From Camelus dromedarius (taxonomy: Eukaryota), in NCBI RefSeq assembly GCF_036321535.1, contig NC_087437.1:45696001-45760000 (forward strand): a stretch of 64,000 nt of DNA. Reading direction: 5' to 3'. The position numbers were made by a program, and so were the translations under genes. The notes beneath the pieces were generated by a model. The model searched no databases. It saw nothing but the letters and a program-made list of their open reading frames with translations, and was not told the DNA's origin. Positions 24,931 to 39,224 of the stretch are shown one piece after another. Each line of letters starts with the position of its first letter. The stretch's first letter is position 1.

Positions 24931-27789
24931 AACCAAAGAAGTGGGAAAAAGTCAGAAAACTGGGGGAGGAAATCTAAGCAGAAGAATCAAAGGTATTCTG
25001 TGCAGTAGCTTCGATCCCGCACAGTCCTCATACCTCCAAAAGGAGGCCCTTCTGGTAGTCCCTTGTCTGTTATACTTTGCAATGAAACAGAATGCCAAAA
25101 TGTCTTCACCAGTAAATAAGAGCCTTTCAGTCACCCCAAGTGAATATGGGGGTCATATGTTTGTGCAGATGCACTCACCAAGAAGGCATAGTGAAGAAGT
25201 CCTGATTCTATAAAACAACAAAAATTACACAATCAATTCAAGCCAAGTGAGAGTTACCGAAATGTATGGTATGTCAACAAAACACTCTGCAGCCACTTTA
25301 AGATCATGTTTTTAAAGCTCAAGATAAAAATTTCAGTGAGAGGGTGAAGCGTAAAACTGATACTGAGTAATTCCAAATATGCAGTATTTTGAAAATAAAC
25401 CAATACGGCAATAATTACATCTGGGCATCAGGGTTATGATGAGTTTTATCTTCTTCTTTATATCCTTATCTTATTTTCTAGACTCTTCTTAACCAAAAAG
25501 AACATTCTTTTATAATCAGAAAAGTAAAGAGTTAAAATGTTTAGCTAAGGGCTCATTAAAGGCTTAGACAAGGTCACTAAGGATGGGTTGCACCGTATGC
25601 CTCCAGGGAACCGCAGGTGAAGAGTCCTGCCATTCTTTTTAGTTCTCCTGGCTGTCAGTGAGGTTAGTCTGCAGTGAACCCAGAGAAGATTTGCCAGAAA
25701 ACATACGAAGCTGTTGAAGGTGGAGCCATTACAGCCCTACCCATGTCCCTGATCTTAGAACCGGATCAAGGCAACCGCTTTCAGAACAACAGCAGTGAAG
25801 ACAAAGGGCCGGGTGTGGCTGCAGCCAGGTTTAGTGGACATTTATAACTGGCCTTACAGTTCCCTAACCTTCCGTATCCTGAGAATCAAATACTTCTCTA
25901 TGGACTGATCTGACACTGAAATTGGCAGTATTGGCTTAACTTTTAACAAGGGGGAAAAAAAAGCTATGAGTTTACAAGTTTCTTGAGTCTATAAAGTTCA
26001 AGGGAACTCTCCAAATTTATAACCTAAGTCAGTTTTGATAATTACAGAGTCCTACACCCTGACAGAGAAGTGCACATTCAATGATGAGGACTCTTTCTTC
26101 GTGTTTACCATGACAGACATCGTGGTGACCTCTGTCTTCCCCAGTCTTGCAAACTGGAAAGCATTTGAGCGCCAGGTCAATTACACTCTTCCCTGGGCAG
26201 CTAAAGCAGCTTTAAAAAATATTGTTGTCACTGTGTCAGATCAAGTAGAGAGGAGCAGAAATATGACTTGGGAGTCTCAAAAGGTATTAGATAGCAGGTT
26301 AGGTAGAAATTAAATTCCATTTGCTGGGATTCCATCCAACACCCTGAGAGAGCAAAAAACGTTCAATTCTCTTTATTAGTGCTGGATTTATGGTTCAAAA
26401 TGAAGATTAAATTAAGGGGGGAAAAATCAAACGTGATGTTCTAAATAGCTCTTTAAATTCAACATCCTCAGTCATGTGCTTCAGCATCCACTCTGGCCTC
26501 CCTGGCCCCAGAGTCTCTCTGGAACTAATCTGTGGAGTTCATTGCTGTTGAGCTAGCTTCTACATAAGGCTATTTTCATCATGCCAGCTCTTTGCTCGGA
26601 AAACCATGATAGCTTTGTAACACGCATAAAACAAGTCTGGATTCTTCTGTCCGGCCTTGAAGGACCTCCAAAATCTAGGCCAAACCCTCCTCCCTACCAG
26701 CTGCTCCAACAAATCTCTCCCACCCCAGGATGGAGACTTATTTGTCCTGCAGACTTGCTCCGCCTTATGCCAGTGTCTGCCCTTTCTCTGTGCTGGGTCC
26801 CCTGACTCCAAGCATCAAAATATCCCCAAAGCCTAGTCAAGCCTTATCTCACCATTAAATCTTCCTTGACTTCTCCAGTCCACACAAGCCTCACCTCTTT
26901 CTGAATGACTGCAGCAGTGATGAACCCAACAACTAACATTCACTGACAGTCCACTACACGCTGGGCTCTGCATTTGTTATTTTGCAAATATTTTATTCTA
27001 TCTTCAGAAAAAGCCTGTAAGCCAATCACTATTACCTTGAAAGAGGGATTTAATGCAATTTAGTTCCTCTGAAAGCGTGAGCTCCCTGGAACCAGTACAG
27101 TGTCATTTTCTCCCCTTCCTCCCTACTGCCTGGGACCCAATAAATAGTTTGTTTCACTCAAAAAACACTATGAAATTTCTAAGTGGAAAGGCTGATATTT
27201 CAGCCTGAAACAGTCTCCAAACACCACAGCTTTACGTGCACAGACAAACAGGGATATATCACGTGGATGATCGATCGTTTGCTGTCACTCAGAGCAAAGC
27301 ACTCCAAAACCGCACCTTCACTCAGCAGTGCTGTGGCAAAGTGAGTGGCGTGAGGAGCTTTATCACACACTCCCACCAACAGTCTCCATAACCACACGAT
27401 GTGAGTAAGGGCACTGGGCTAGCTGTGCAAACGCCACTTCAGAGCTAATCTCTCAGCCACCAGCACTTTTTGCACAGCCACTCTCAAGCCCCTCCTTCTC
27501 AGAAGTGCTATGGCTGTCGCTGTAAAATGAGTGCGGGCAAGATGCTGAAGGAGCCTCTTACATACTGGCACACTCACTTCCTCTCCAACTTTCACCAGTG
27601 AATTCAGGCAATGAATGTAATCTGCTCAACTTTAAAGTCTCCATGAAGTCACTCATGTGACTGAATTGGCCTCTAATATACAAAGGCTACAAAGGATTTG
27701 TATTAAGCAAGACCCACGTGTTTTCACTGGCACTGACCAACAGCGGCAAACTATGTACTGCTATAGGTCTATGAATAATAAAATAAAAA

Positions 27790-28558
27790 TAAATTATAAA
27801 AATAATAAAAGTCTACAAATAACAAATGCTGGAGAGGGTGTGGAGAAAAGGGAACCCTCTTACATTGTTGGTGGGAATGTAAATTGGCTCAGCCACTGTG
27901 GAAAACGGTAGAGATGCTCCTTAAAAAAATAGAACTATCATATGATCCAGCAATCACACTCTGAGGCATATATCCCAAAAAGATGAAAACTCTAATTTAA
28001 AAAGATACATGCACCCCAGTGTTCACAGCAGCACCGTCTACAATAGCTAAGACGTGAAACAACCCAAAGGCCCATCAACGCATGCTTGGTTTAAGAAGAT
28101 GTGGTACATATATGCAATGGAGTATCACTAAGCCACAAAAAATAAAATATTGCCATTTGCAGCAACATGAATGGACACAGACATTATCATACTAAGTGAA
28201 ATAAGTCAGACAGAAACTTATCTGTGGAATCAAAAAAATAATACAAATGAATCTATATATAAAACAGAAAACAGACTCACAGACATAGGAGACAAATTTA
28301 TGGTTACCAAAGGGGAAAGAGAGGAGGGTGATAAATTAGGAATATGGGATTAACAGATGCAAGCTACTATACATAAAATAGAGAAGCAACAAGGATTTAC
28401 TGTATAGCACAGGACAATATTCAGTATCTTGTAATAACCTAAAATGGAAAATAATCTGAAAAAGCATATTACGACTGAATCATTTTGCTGTACATCTGAA
28501 ACTAACACAGGTTTGTAAGTCAACTATACTTCAGTTAAATTTAAAAAGAAAGAAATAA
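27790..28558 (+). mobile_element. L1 3' end (ORF2 C-terminus and 3' UTR)
   Basis: aacaaatgctggagagggtgtggagaaaagggaaccctc...gtcaactatacttcagttaaa. Confidence 0.9.
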
Positions 28559-29859
28559 GCTTGAAGAAGTTAAAAAGTGGACCAAGGTCACACAGCTGTC
28601 AGCGGTAAAACTAGGACTCAGATCCAGGGATGTCTGTCTTCACTGGGCTGCTTCCTTGAAGATACAAACCAAATATCTATAAGGTAACCACTCACGGACA
28701 TCAGCACAGAACCCTCTTCTCTACATCTTCCAACTGAACCTATGACCACTAACAGCCCTTCTCCATAATGAGCCTGCTACCCTGCCTGCCTTGGATCGGC
28801 ACTCATGTTCCCTCTGAGTAGCAGTTAGAGGTCAGCTGCTGCAACTTCAGCTGCCAAAGTTTTTAAAAAGGAGATGAAATTAGAGTGGAAATGTGGGAAT
28901 TCCCGTGCCACGTGGCCTTTGCAATGCTTCATCTGTCAAGACTCGCAGAACGTTGGTCTTGCAGACTTCAGAAACTGTCATCCATTTGACGGCTTTGCAT
29001 TATTTCTTCTGGGAAAACCCACAGCCAAGCTCAAGGCATTATCGATTTCATCTTCTCCTTGCTCTCCACTTCCCACCAGAAAGCCTTACTGTCAGACCTC
29101 CTGCAGAAGCATAATTAAAAATTCCATGCCTAGACTATATTTACTTACAAACCTACAAAATACACTCACAAACTGGAAACATATTTGCTTTTCTTTCTTG
29201 AATTTAAGTTATGCCTATAATAGTCCCAAAGAGATGCTGACATCTGAAAAGTAAACTGCTTTTGCCAAGATTTTCTGCAGAGACATTAATGGGGACTTTA
29301 AGTAAGGGTCAGCCTGACACGACCTAATCACATAATCCCATTTTCTCAGCCCCAGCAGAGATCTCATGAGCTTTTCTAACTTAATAATAAAATAACCACC
29401 AAAATCTCTTAGAAATCCATGTGCCTCCAGTGGAACAATGTAATTGTTGTCAAGGCTACAAGCCTACTCCGTTGTCATTGCTTTAACCTATACTAACGGG
29501 GGAAAGAGGTTACTTCAGATCATTTCTCTCAACTTTTGCAGTGCCAGTAATTGTCTGTATCCATGTTTTATCCAAACAAAAAATGGTTCAGTGCACATGT
29601 CTTAAAATTACACTCGGTATTTTAATTACTTTTTCTCCCCTCTCCTTGAATACAAACATAGAAGAATTCAGAATACGGGCTCTCTGTAATTATCTACAAT
29701 GTGAAATAAAAGGCATTGCAAGTGTTTATGGTGTAATTACATAGTCTGGATTCACTGTTTAATGTTGTGACCATATTTACTAATTGGATCTCTATAAAAC
29801 TCTCCCAGTTTTTTTTTCCTATTTTCTTTCCCAGATGCATAAACTTCAAAGCAAAGATT

Positions 29860-30060
29860 TAATGGTCTGACAGACCTGGGTTTGAGTTGATAGGTCCACA
29901 CCTTTCCCAGCTGCATCAAACTCTATAAAGTTACTAAATTTCCTGGAATAGCAGTTTCTACATCCACATAATAGAGACAATTAGACTTAACCTGCAAGTG
30001 GTGCTATAAAGGTAAAATGAGAAAATGTAGGTAAAATTCCTTGCATAATACCTGGTTTAT
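29860..30060 (+). mobile_element. MIR SINE
   Basis: agacctgggtttgag...cagtttctacatccacataatagaga...taaaatgagaaaatgtaggtaaa. Confidence 0.6.
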
Positions 30061-30739
30061 TCTAGTCTAAGAATTTTCCATTCCTAAAACTATACTACAG
30101 TGGTTCATTCCTTCACTTCTGCTTCATTTGAACACAGCAGGGTTTTTTTTAAGAGTGACACAAAGCAAAGGCATATTTATTCTTTTCCTGTTTTTCTCTT
30201 TGAAATACTCATTTTATGAAAAAAAGATTCTGTGATGCTTGCCTGTCATGTTCCCTTTATTGTAATAACTTAATGGGTGATTTTCTCCACAATAATCATG
30301 TCAAAATATGAACAACTGCCATGATTCTGTGTTGACATAATTAAATAAAAATGTTCACATGAATATAAAATCACTTTTTATATCTTCTTGTGAATGATGC
30401 TGCTGGTGAGAGCAAGCTTTCAAATAATACAAGGGGGAAAAGAACACAAAGTCGCTTAATTTCAGTTTCTTCCTTCCAACAGAAGAAAAGCCTTGATCAA
30501 AGTACTGAATATAAGAAAAAAGGAATTCCATGAATCAATACTTGAGTACCTACAGTTGCATAAATGCCTAGTTATAAGCTGAAGAGAATTCTTTCCTTCA
30601 AATTTATTAATAAAAGGAATAACAAGTTGAACTAGGAAGAATCTGGGATTCTGTCTGGCTTCTGCCATTAAGTTATTTCATTATTTTGAGGAAATCATTC
30701 ATCTTGCTGAGCCTCAAGATACAGTTTGTGTCAAACCAG

Positions 30740-30938
30740 AGTAGTGTCAGTTCACCAGAGCCCACGAGCCCTGCACACTGCCTGTTTTGTAAATAAAGGC
30801 TTCCTGGGACACAGCCACCCCCATTTGTTTCACATCTTTTATGAGATCTGTTGCATCACAACAGCAGAGTCGAAGTGCTGCAACAGAGATCATAAGGTTT
30901 ACCAAGCCCAAAACATTTACCATCTGGCCCTAACAGAC
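30740..30938 (+). mobile_element. MER58A hAT DNA transposon
   Basis: gcctgttttgtaaataaagg...ggacacagccac...gcagagtcgaagtgctgcaacagaga...atttaccatctggccct. Confidence 0.8.
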
Positions 30939-33245
30939 ATTTTCAATTTGATGAATTTCAATTTGACAATTTTTTTATGGTTTGTGCATTTTGTATTCTA
31001 TTTAAGAAATAACCTACCCCAAGGTCAGAAGGGTTTCTCTTATGTTTTCTTCTAGAAGTCTCAGAGTTTTAATTTTTACATTTATTTCTATAATTCAACT
31101 TCATTTTGTATATTGTGTGAGTTAAGAATTTAGTTCAATATTTTGGAATATGGATATCCAGTTGTTAACAACATTTATTGAAAATACTTTGCTTTCTCAT
31201 TAAATTGCTTTGGCACCTTTGTTGAAAATTGGCCATATATTTGTGGTCCACTTCTCAACTCTCTGTTCTGTTCTACGCATCTGTATGTTTTCTGTTCTGT
31301 TCTACGCATCTGTATGTTTCTCTGGTTGCCAACACTATACAGAAGTGGTAATTATCGCAGAATTATAAAACTCCTTGAAATCAGGTAGTGAAAGTTCTAC
31401 AACTTTGTTCTCTTTCAGAATTGTTTTGGCTATTACAAGTTCTTCAAATTGTCATAGAAATTTTAGAGTCAGTTTATCAAATTACAAAAATAAATTTGCT
31501 GGGATATTCATGAGAACTTCACTGAGTCTACAGATTGATTTGAGGAGAATTGATGTCTTCATATTGGGTCATGAACATTATAAATCGCATTCACTTACAC
31601 CTTCTTTAAATTATTTTAACAGTATTTATGGTTTTCAGTGTATAAGTCTTTTACACAGCCTGTTAAATTTTTCCCTTTTGTTTTTGGATGCTACTGCAAA
31701 TGGTTTTTGTTTTTCATTTTCAAATAGATCATGACCAATATACAGAAATACAATTTTTTTTTGCTATCTTGACCTTGTATTCTATGACGTTGCTTTTTTG
31801 TAAATCACTTAGGATTTTCTACGTACACAATATGTCATCCTTTAATAAAGGCAAATTTACTTCTTCCTTTTCAATCTGAATGTGTTTTTTTTTTTTTTTC
31901 TTTTTCTTGCTCTATTTCACTGATAGGACCTCTAGGACAATGGTGAACAGAAATGACAAGATCAGGCAATCTCACTTTATTCCTGATCACAGGAGGAAAG
32001 CATTTGGTGTTTGGCCGTTAAGAATGATGTCAGCCCTTTATCAGGTGGAGATAAATCTCTTCAATTCTGCATTTGCCATGAGAGTTAATCAAATTTTATC
32101 AAGTATCTTTTTGCTGCATCTATTGTGTTGATCATATGGATTTTCTTTTTAATATGTTAGTATGGTGAATTACAAGGACTCCTTTTTTAATGTATAACCA
32201 GTCACTTTCCTGGGATAAATATCACTATAACCACTGCTTTATCTGCAGGATATAGATTTTACTATATTATGTTTCATTTTTATTCAGTTTAAAATATTTC
32301 CAAATTCTTCCTACTTTTTTCCTTTGAGCGTGGGTTACTGAGAAATGTACTATTTAATTTACAACTATTTGGGGCTGTGAAGTAGGTATTACTGTTACTC
32401 GTTTCTAATTTAATTCCACTGAGATCAGAGAGCATACTCTGAATGATCCTGATCCTTTGAAATTAACTGAGACGTGCTTTAGTGGCCCAGCATCTCTTAC
32501 TGAATGTCCACATACCCTTTTGAAAAATGTGTATTCTTCTGTTGTGGGGTGGAGTGTTCAGTAAGTGTCCACTAGTCATGTTCACTGATAGTATTGTCCA
32601 AATCTTGTACGTCCTTACCAATTTTCAGTCTTCTGTTAATTACTAAGAGAGAGGTGTGTTGAAATTGCCAACTATAATTGTGGATTTGTTTCTTTGAGTT
32701 CTGTAAGTTTCTGTTTCATATGTTTTGATGCCCTGTCATTAAGTGAATACACATTTGGGATGGCTATACCTTACTCATGAATTGAGTACTTTATTACTGT
32801 AAACTGTCCCTCTTTTTGCCTCATAATATTCCTTGTTTAGAAATTTATTTTGATACTAATAATACCAGTTTTCTTATAATTAGGATTTATATGGTATATT
32901 TTTCCTAGTCCTTTACTTTTAATCTGTTTGTTTTTAGATTTTTTGGTAGAATCCATATAATTGAGGCCTACTTTTTTTATCCAGTCTGACAATTAAAGAT
33001 TTTTCATTGCAGTGTTTAGACCATTTACGTTGAACGTAATGGCTGTTATCACTGAGTTTAAACTTATTATGTCACTATTTCTTTTCTATTCTTCCAATCT
33101 GTTTTTTTTTATTCTTTTTCCTTTTTTCATGTATTCTTTTGGATTAAGTGAGTAATTTGAGGATGCCACTTTATCCCCAGTAGTGTCTGATGAGTTATAA
33201 TTCTTTTATTCAAATTTTTTTAGTGGTTAGTCTTGGATTTGCAAT
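30939..33245 (-). mobile_element. Old L1 (L1M/L1ME-type) ORF2 fragments
   Basis: T-rich antisense L1 motifs such as tatggatatccagttg, tttctaatttaattccactg, tttttatccagtctgacaat. Confidence 0.85.
31262..31319. repeat. Perfect 29-bp tandem duplication
   Basis: tctgttctgttctacgcatctgtatgttt x2. Confidence 0.95.
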
Positions 33246-33659
33246 ACTTCATCATCTGATATCAACCACCCTTTCAGTTTTATCTCCCGTAATTACTGCT
33301 ACACTGCAATGAAACAAGCCACTGTCTATTGCCAAACATACTCTTTACTAACCTACCAATTTGCCATGCACTCCCATACACTTTTATGCTTTAGCCACAC
33401 CAATCTAGTATATTTTTCCAATCTTTCTTTTGTTTTCAGTGGGAGGGAAAGTCTCACAACCACTGCTCCTTCATAGGTAGAAATAGAAATTATTGGCAAT
33501 TGTTTGCAACAGAGTCTTTTGACCCACTCTACTTGACTGCAGTGTAGTAGTTTGCTTCTACACTAGGGTTGAGACCAGTTCAACTGAGGTTTTTTTCATC
33601 TCCCAAATTCTGTAATTCTGTTTTTTTAATATCTTACATGTGACCAAAATCTTTAAAAT

Positions 33660-33860
33660 TTCCAAGAGTATCCACATCAATCATCCCACTGACCCTCACA
33701 CTAAATTGTGAAGAAAACAGATCAGGTACAGTGATGCCTATTTTACAGATAAGGAAACTGATGCCAAAGAATTCACTGAACTTTTACAAAATCATACAGT
33801 AAATTAGAGCCAGGATGAACATTAGATATCAAACATCCAGCTTTTTATTCCATTGCTCTT
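33660..33860 (-). mobile_element. MIR SINE
   Basis: cctattttacagataaggaaactga core. Confidence 0.7.
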
Positions 33861-34097
33861 TTCTGTAATATCAACAATTATATTTCTTTCTTCTTAACTA
33901 TTTGTTTTCTTGACTATGTTCTGCTTAGATATTTACAGAAGCATCGTCTGTTGTCTAAAGCTAATCAAACCACATGAAGGAACAAGTAACGGCAAAATAT
34001 GTATGTGCAGAGAGTGGACAAAGCAGTCAGCGGAAGGTAAGAAGTGCACATAAACAACATTCAGTAACGCACTGTTAACAACTTTTCTTACATATAA

Positions 34098-34099
<2 letters not shown>

Positions 34100-34131
<32 letters not shown>
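34100..34131. repeat. (TA)n microsatellite
   Basis: uninterrupted TA run. Confidence 0.95.
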
Positions 34132-34134
<3 letters not shown>

Positions 34135-34819
34135 ATTCTCCACAGGTTTCTACAAATCATCTAAAGCAAACTCAGTAGCAAGCAAAATTTAAGTCTGTCC
34201 TCAAACCCTAGCCTTCCTCAGCCAGAAGATCAATGTCAATGATTTCCTATAGAAATAACATGGTACCCAATGCAATCTACAAGACTTTCAAACACAAAAC
34301 ACTGGCAATGTTCAAGAAAGACAGTTTCTGGGCAGACTGTATGGCGACTTACAGATGATAATTTAGTATTTGAAAATCAACCATTCAAAACACTACATTT
34401 CTTCACTGTGCACATTAACACTGTTGACAGTAAGTCTTTAACAGAGCATACAAGACCTTACAGCTTAGTCATCCTTTCATTATCAGACCAGGAAAACTGT
34501 CACAGTTCTCACAGGGGTAGGACTGGCATCAACTATGCTCCTCAGGTCTTAGTTGACAGAGTATTGTTATTATAAAACTCATTTCCCACAGAGTTCATGC
34601 TTCTATAATACATGGGTCATTAATTATATGGGGTTTGGATAACAGATTAGTCATTGCCATTCCATTGTTATCTTTTTCTTTTCCTGCTACGATAAGGTTA
34701 CCTTCAAAAACTACAAAGATGGAGCACCCAATGTGAACCTCAAGGTTAAGGCTGCTGGTTATTTAGAATTTTCTCAACCCTGAGGCACGAAGGTCCAAGG
34801 AAAACAAGAAATGTTACAG

Positions 34820-34960
34820 ATGGAAAATCTATTACAGTCTCCCCATTCAGGAGATAAGGAACCTGAAGCTCAGAGAGAACTGTAATTTGCCCAAGGTCAC
34901 ACAGAGTAGCAGAGCCAGAAGTTCGATTCTGGCCTCCAAATTCCAAGGCCAGAGTTTTTT
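34820..34960 (-). mobile_element. MIR SINE
   Basis: ctgaagctcagagagaactgtaatttgcccaaggtcacacagagtagcagagccag. Confidence 0.75.
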
Positions 34961-36730
34961 TCTGAAAATATTGTAAGACTTCTAGATTCAGTTCAACCTC
35001 CTGCCACTTTAAAGCCAAAATTTCCTTCTAATTTTAAATGTGCCTAGGTATTGCAGCACTCGGAAATATCTCAAGAGATTTTACAAAATAAATTTAAAAG
35101 TACATGTAGTTTCGTACACAGAAACACGAAGGCTCTAAGAATCTTACAGTTTCTCTTTGTATGAAAGTATAATGAGCTTATCCTATTTTCAGAGACAACC
35201 CTACACACCTTTTTTTGGATGTATTTCTTCCTGGCTCAGGAGCCCCTTACCTATTAAAATTCAAACCTCTATTAATCTAGGCTAGCTTTTTTGTTGTTAT
35301 TGTTGTTTTCTTTCTTTTTCCCTTTTGGTCTCATAGCAGACGGCACGGAATCCAACTAAGTATACCTAGGAGATTTAGATTAAATGTTTAATTTTCCAGG
35401 TCACTAACACGCAGCATGCAAACCCACCACTGGATTTTCACGTATCAGAAAGATTCACATAAAGTATAATTTAAAGTGAAAAGATAGAATTCTCTTCAAT
35501 CACAAGGAAGGTATTGGGTAATGTCTTGGCCGGGGTTATTAAGAAATTCTGGATCCTCTGAGGTGAGAATTAAGATGTTAACACTTTATCTGGAAGGGAT
35601 AGGTCCAAAATGCTGGGAGTAAAGAAAAAAAAGGATGACATGCGAAGGTAGGATACAAAGGGATGCAATGTGCCACCAGGCTGGCTACATTTTACAGCAA
35701 ATGAGAAGACACACATGCATATTCCCTCAGCACATGGGACTTCTCTGTAAAGGTTCAAGGAAGACCTGAACAGGAAGAAGTTTCATTTACTGAACATTTA
35801 CTAGTAAAAGAAGTAGATATCTGTATTGTCTCAAAGGAAATATAGTTCAGGAACTTCTGAATGTCACTGTTCTTTCCAATGTATTTCTTAATAGATTATA
35901 ATATTCAGTGAGTCAATGATGATGACATATGGAAAGCAAACACACCAATAAAAGCCTCAAAGAAATTTTTTTGATTTTATGAAGGGAAGATTATATGATT
36001 GATTTGATACTCAAGGAAGATTTCAAAGAAATTAGTATTTTCTAAACTTCAACTCAGAAAAATTCAGACATGAAATACGTAAGGAAAAATACCACCAAGG
36101 ACTTTCAAACTGAAACCTTTCTTTTTGATCTCAAAACTTCTCTTGATTGTAGCAATAAATATTCATGAGTATTGGAAAGTCTACTATTTACTGGGCTAAT
36201 TTTTTTTTTAAACAAGTGGACCTTTTTGGAGTTTTCTTTGTCCAGGCTTCCTTCTCTTGAACTACCCACCATACATATACATCTTCTAAGAAATAGGCTT
36301 GATCTCAAGCATGTTTCTAGTATGAGACCCCTCCCCACCACTCATCACCACTGATCAGATAAAGAAAACACAGTTAACACATGAGGAACTCATCTGGAGA
36401 CAGATCTGAGCCAATCTCATTTTCTTCCCTAGGGACTGAGAATTGGTACACTGGAGAAAAAATAGTCAATCAGACTCAGATGCTAGACTTTTAGATTCAT
36501 GTATTTTTGGAGCCAGGAAGTATTGTTGGGGAGGTCTGGCAGATTAAGTGAAGAAAGTCTGTTCCACTAAGAGAAAGAAGAATAACACAGAGGTGCAGAG
36601 AGGAGTGACTATGACAGCCCACGAGGAGTAAGAGATGGAAACAGTGCTGCATCAGATCACATAACTTTCCAAGATCTGGGACTCATCTTTTAAAAATAGA
36701 GTCACCACACAATTGGTCTTCCAAGCCAGG

Positions 36731-37140
36731 TGTATTATTTTCTGATGGCTGCCAAATTACTTGGTGTCTTAAAACAATAGAATTTTATTTTCTCACAGTT
36801 CCAACAGTCAGAAGTCCACAATCAATATCACTGGACCAAAACTGTAGTAGCAGCAAAGTCATCCTTCTGCTGGAGACTCTAGGGAAGGATCTGTTTCTTG
36901 CCTCTTCCAGTTTCTCGTGTCTCCGAGATTCCTTGGCTTGTGTCCACATGACACCCATCTCTGTGTACCAAGTCTCCCTCTGCCTCTCACTTACAAGGAG
37001 ACCCATGATTGCATGTAGGGCCCACTGAGATAATTCAGGAAAGCCTCTTCATATTAAGATGCCTAATTAACTTACATCTGCAAAGACACTTTTTCCTCAT
37101 ATGGTAAGGTTTACAGGTTCTAAAGATTAGGACCTACATG
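36731..37140 (-). mobile_element. MLT1C/D-type MaLR LTR
   Basis: cttaaaacaatagaattttattttctcacagttc...ggagactctagggaaggatctgtttcttgcctcttccag. Confidence 0.85.
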
Positions 37141-38732
37141 ATGCTTTAGCAGGACATCTTGAAGAGTGAAAGAAGGCACTAATTTGTAGTTCCTTAAAGA
37201 TGAAAGAGGAAACCCAGGTCCGACCCAGGCACACTGGATGTATGTTCTCTGTCAAGTCCATACATGGGCTGGAGATGAACTTCTAGCCCCTAGGCCATAA
37301 TAAATCCTATTATCTTCCCTCTGCACTGATTACAGATGTTCTCCCTGAAACTGCCACAGCAAGTAAATGCCAAATTCATCCCCCATCCCTGGGTTCTACA
37401 GGAGATTGCCATATCTTTCTGATACATTCTATTTTTATAAAACTAGTTACAGAAAGTGATATGCCTTGCAATCAAATGTACCCCAATTAAGACACAGGAC
37501 AAAATACTGCAGGGTCAAGTTTCACCACCTCTCCCACTTTTAAACATATGGCCCCCTCCTTGAATGAATCCACATTTTAAGTCTTTCTGACATAAATGTT
37601 AAATGATAGTCTTGAATAAATATGTTTAATAAATGAATAAATCATTCCCCCAGGTTTCAGCAAACAAGGGAGGGCAAATTTTGCAGGGACCAAAAGACTT
37701 TCTGATGTTTCATAAAATGATACCATCCATACACCTGACTTCTTGCCATCTAAGTTAAGGTTACCTTTGTTGGACTACATGCAATGCCAGTCACTTTCAC
37801 TTCAGTGACCGTAACAGGGTAAAAAGGAAGAAACTGTTCTGTGCCACACTGCTTATTTTGCAATAATCCAATTATCGGGTACCACAGACCACCACCAATG
37901 AGCATGGCCCAGCATCTCTGGAGGCACAAATGAACAAATAGCACTCCCTGGAAAAACTTCAAATACACTTGCAGCACAAAATATGTAAGAAATCAAAATA
38001 ACAGAAATCAAAAAAACAGACAGAAATCAAAATAAAGCTTTTATTTACATTACCAGTTTTTAAAATTAAAGCCCCTGAATATTTTCATTAACACCACAAT
38101 TATATATACTGCCAAATATAGTACTTGAGTGGTCACTTAAATGATTGTCTGTAATTCAAAATGCCATTCCAATAAAGCCTTCTCATTAAGATGACTCTGC
38201 TCCTGTTAGTTTGTTTCGTTTTTAGGGTCATAGAATGGCAAGGAGGTACCACTTCCCTCTTCCTACTATCAGACCTTGCATTTGTTTGATATACAGCACC
38301 GTCCATGGCTCAACTTTTTGTTTTTTTCCCATTCCTTTCTTTGCAATAACAAAAGGGCTGTTGGGTAATTTAAAATAGTTTTGAGGTACTAAATCTACGC
38401 TACAGTTTCAGCTGAACCACACAAAACTTTTCATTCACCGAAAGCCCCATTCATCTAATACAGTCAAGAAATTTTCAAGGAAAAATAAAATAAGTGCTTG
38501 GAGGGGAAAAAAACTTGCTTATTTTCTTGAGAATATAATTTGAGGCATATTTCTTGAGGCTACTCAATGCCAGACACAATTCTGGGATAGAGATAAAAAT
38601 CTCTCCCTATGAGGCACTTATAAAAACTTAAGAGGAAACAAGATAATCTTAGAAAAATAAAGTAAAACTCATTAGGTTATCAAATCTCCAAAACAGGGAC
38701 TACGTGTTTCTCGAGTACCAATGACTCCTCAG

Positions 38733-39224
38733 TGTAATAGGGAAGAACAAATCTGACTCCATATTAGATCTGTTCCTTCAGCTCTAACCCTGTGCTTAGT
38801 CCTACTGGTTCTGCACCTTTTGTAAAAGAAAGTTGCCTATAGCCTGAAATATACAGGAACACCCATTCTCAAGGCTCTGACCTTGAGGATATAACACTTC
38901 TCCAATCACATAGAGATAAAAAGTTGCAGAATGGAGAATAACATTTGTTGGAGGTTTACAGGAGCATCTTGACCTGATTACATGGACAGCTTCAAGAACA
39001 AAGGATTCCGACACCAAGGAGTTTGCAATAACTAACCACACCCCCTCCCCTTTTAGTATAAAAGGAATCTGAATTCTGACTTTAGGAAAATGGTTCTCCA
39101 TGACATTAGTCTGCCATCTTCTCAGTCTGCTGGCTTTCTGAATAGTGTCGTTATTCCTTGCCCCAGCACCTCGCCTCCTGATTTACTGGCCTATCACATG
39201 GCAAGCAGAACGAGTTGGGTAACA
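38733..39224 (+). mobile_element. ERV1-class solo LTR, copy 1 of a family also at 57168
   Basis: tgtaatag...gtaaca ends, TATAAAA at ~39057, perfect 4-bp TSD TCAG. Confidence 0.9.

Noticed and set aside
26078..26175. C/D box snoRNA from ATGATGA
   Set aside because: No CTGA D box at a suitable distance and no terminal stem.
29135..29180. 3-4 nt microexons on minus (ccagTTTgtgagt, gtagGTTTgtaagt)
   Set aside because: Short pyrimidine tracts; motifs this short are expected by chance without RNA evidence.
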